Made by a program: the position numbers and the translations under genes. DNA of 64,000 nt from Leucoraja erinacea (taxonomy: Eukaryota), in NCBI RefSeq assembly GCF_028641065.1, contig NC_073393.1, positions 15,934,001-15,998,000 on the forward strand, read 5' to 3'. The notes under the pieces are model-generated. The model saw nothing but the letters and a program-made list of their open reading frames with translations, did not search any database and was not told the origin of the DNA. Shown here piece by piece: positions 61,886 through 64,000 of the stretch. How positions within the stretch are numbered: position 1 is the stretch's first letter; every line of letters begins with the position of its first letter.

Positions 61886-64000
61886 CTGGATAATGAAAAA
61901 ACAAGAGTTCACCAAGTGGTTCACTGTTACAGACCATGAGCATAATAACTTTATTGTGTCCTAAATTTTCCATGATTCCACGATGACTCAAAAGATATCC
62001 AAGAGTCAAAATCCCGTCACTCAACCAAAAACAAAAAATGAAGAGTTGGGACAAAAGAATATGCTGCTCAGCCATGAGATATTGTCAAAGAGGTAGGCAT
62101 TAAAAAGAGCATGAAAAAGAGAAAAAGATATGGCAGTTGAAGTCTGGGCTGCTAAAGTTGGAGCTATTAAATTCAGAGCAGCTAGAATTGTACAGACATT
62201 TGACGATTAGAGGAATGAAGCAAATAAAAGTGAACCCAAGGATGAAACAAATAAGAGGCTATACTTAACCAGAGGCTAATACAAATTAGCAAAGTAAATG
62301 CTAATGGGTAAACTGAATGATGCAAGTTAGTTATAGGTCATCTAAAACTATTCTATCGTAAGTTGAGACTAGAATAAGGCCAGCTCAATATACATAAAAT
62401 TGATTTTCAGCAGCATTGTTTCTGACAATTATTATCAGAGGTTGGAATTAGCTTCTAAATTGGATGGTAGTTAAAAAAAAACTTTTAAGTTCATACTAGA
62501 ACAAGTGCGGACCTCTTTGGCCCCCTCCCCCAACAAACCATTCCACCACTGACCCATAGCCCCCAACTGCGCAGGCGTGGTTGAGGGGTTCCCGTTGTGA
62601 CGAGAGTCACGGCAACACTCCCCCGACTGCGCCTCGTCATCCCTCTTCCTACCCCAATCCTCCCCTCTCTCATTCTCACCCTCACATCTACCTGCCTCCC
62701 CTTTCCCCTACACTCAGTCACTCCCTCCCTCCATAAACCCTCTCCCCTCCCTACGCTCCCGCTATCTCCCTGCTCCCCCACTCCACCTCCCCACAGCCCT
62801 CCTCTCCCTCTATCCTCCCCCACTACCCCCTCCTCTTCCTCTCCCCCACACCCCCCTCTCCACAATCTCAATTTTTCATGTAAATGAGATTCGGGATCCC
62901 ATTGTGACGTTGAATGCTGCAGACGGGCAGGGCAAGTAGAAAAGTTCTTTGAAAAGTGATTTTTGTAAAGTTTAAAATGTCAATAAAATATACCATAAAT
63001 CCGAACAAAACGTATTTCTTTTTCATCTCAGGACAATGGTGAGTAAATTGGGCCAAAAATGGTAGCGCTATCATGTACTGTTTTGGTGGGGTTTTTGGAA
63101 TATCCCTTACACACACGCATTTATACATACAAACATCGTTGGGTTCCTGTCACATGGGAGGTCTGTCCCCCCAACGCAACCCATTCCCCAACGCAATATT
63201 CCACCACTCACCTGTTCCCCCAACACAATATTCCACCACTCACCCATAGCCCTCAACTGTGCTGGGGCGGCTCATTTCCCCTTATCCCCAGCACTCCCTC
63301 CCCCTCCTCTTCATCCTCCCTCTTTTTAAACTTTAATAAAAATGCAAGCACTTGCCGCCAGGACTTTAAAGAAAATTCCAATTACACTTCCCCTGCCTCC
63401 CCCAGCACTACCTCCCCCTCCTGTTTGTTTAGCCTCCTCTGCCAGGACAGAAATATCAATATTGGAATGGGAAGGGGTGTTAAAATAGTTAGCAACTGGG
63501 GGATCCAGCACACCTTGGTGGACAAAACTCGTGTGTTCAGTGAAGCAGCAGTCGACCTGTTTATATGCTTTGGTCTAGCTTTTACAGTAGCAATGTCAGC
63601 AGCAGAAAATTAATATTCAGTATGTAATCGGGCTAGTCTGAAATGGTGCCTTAAACTCAAAAAGCGTGACTTCAAAATAACAGTTGCAAAATATAGTAAT
63701 CGAGTTGCTTCATTCAAATTCACGGAATTTCAAAGCTTTCTCATAGCACAAAATCACAATATGCAATACAAGTCTCCAGAGATGCGGCAGAAGACTCCCA
63801 AGATGCGGTGGGGGAGGGGGACGGGAGACATTGTTCGCCGCTGCAAGAAGACTGTTGGATTGACTTTTGTAACTTTGTCAGCACCAGTAATGTGACAGCT
63901 CTTTGTGTACTGCCGAGGTGAGGTCTGGTGTATATTACCCGATTGTATGCAAAAACAAAGAATTTCATTGTACCTAGATACAAGTGACAATAAAGTATCA

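Overview
Repeat-rich vertebrate genomic DNA. The repeat families (CR1/HER1-type LINEs, V-SINE-like SINEs, Penelope, Rex1, L2) suggest a cartilaginous fish such as a skate or ray; that assignment is inference. Positions 4.8-51.9 kb hold a minus-strand tandem cluster of four paralogous immunoglobulin-superfamily receptor genes, here called A-D, reconstructed by hand from GT/AG splice sites. The shared layout is a 55-nt leader exon, a germline-joined VJ-type exon (about 306 nt, NKp30-like), a C1-set exon, a transmembrane (TM) exon and cytoplasmic exons. The paralogs differ in signalling type. Gene A has an Arg in the TM and no ITIM (activating type). Gene C has an uncharged TM and a 4-tyrosine-motif tail with an ITIM and an ITSM (inhibitory type). 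Gene B carries two tandem TM exons, one neutral and one with Arg, and a tail exon that has lost its tyrosine motifs. Gene D is partial, with its 5' half presumably lost in an assembly gap. To the right of that gap (52050-52149) lie six exons of AMFR (gp78), also on the minus strand and full of indels that are probably consensus errors. Other features include nested Harbinger-type MITEs and Penelope-derived minimal hammerhead ribozyme motifs. There are three N gaps.
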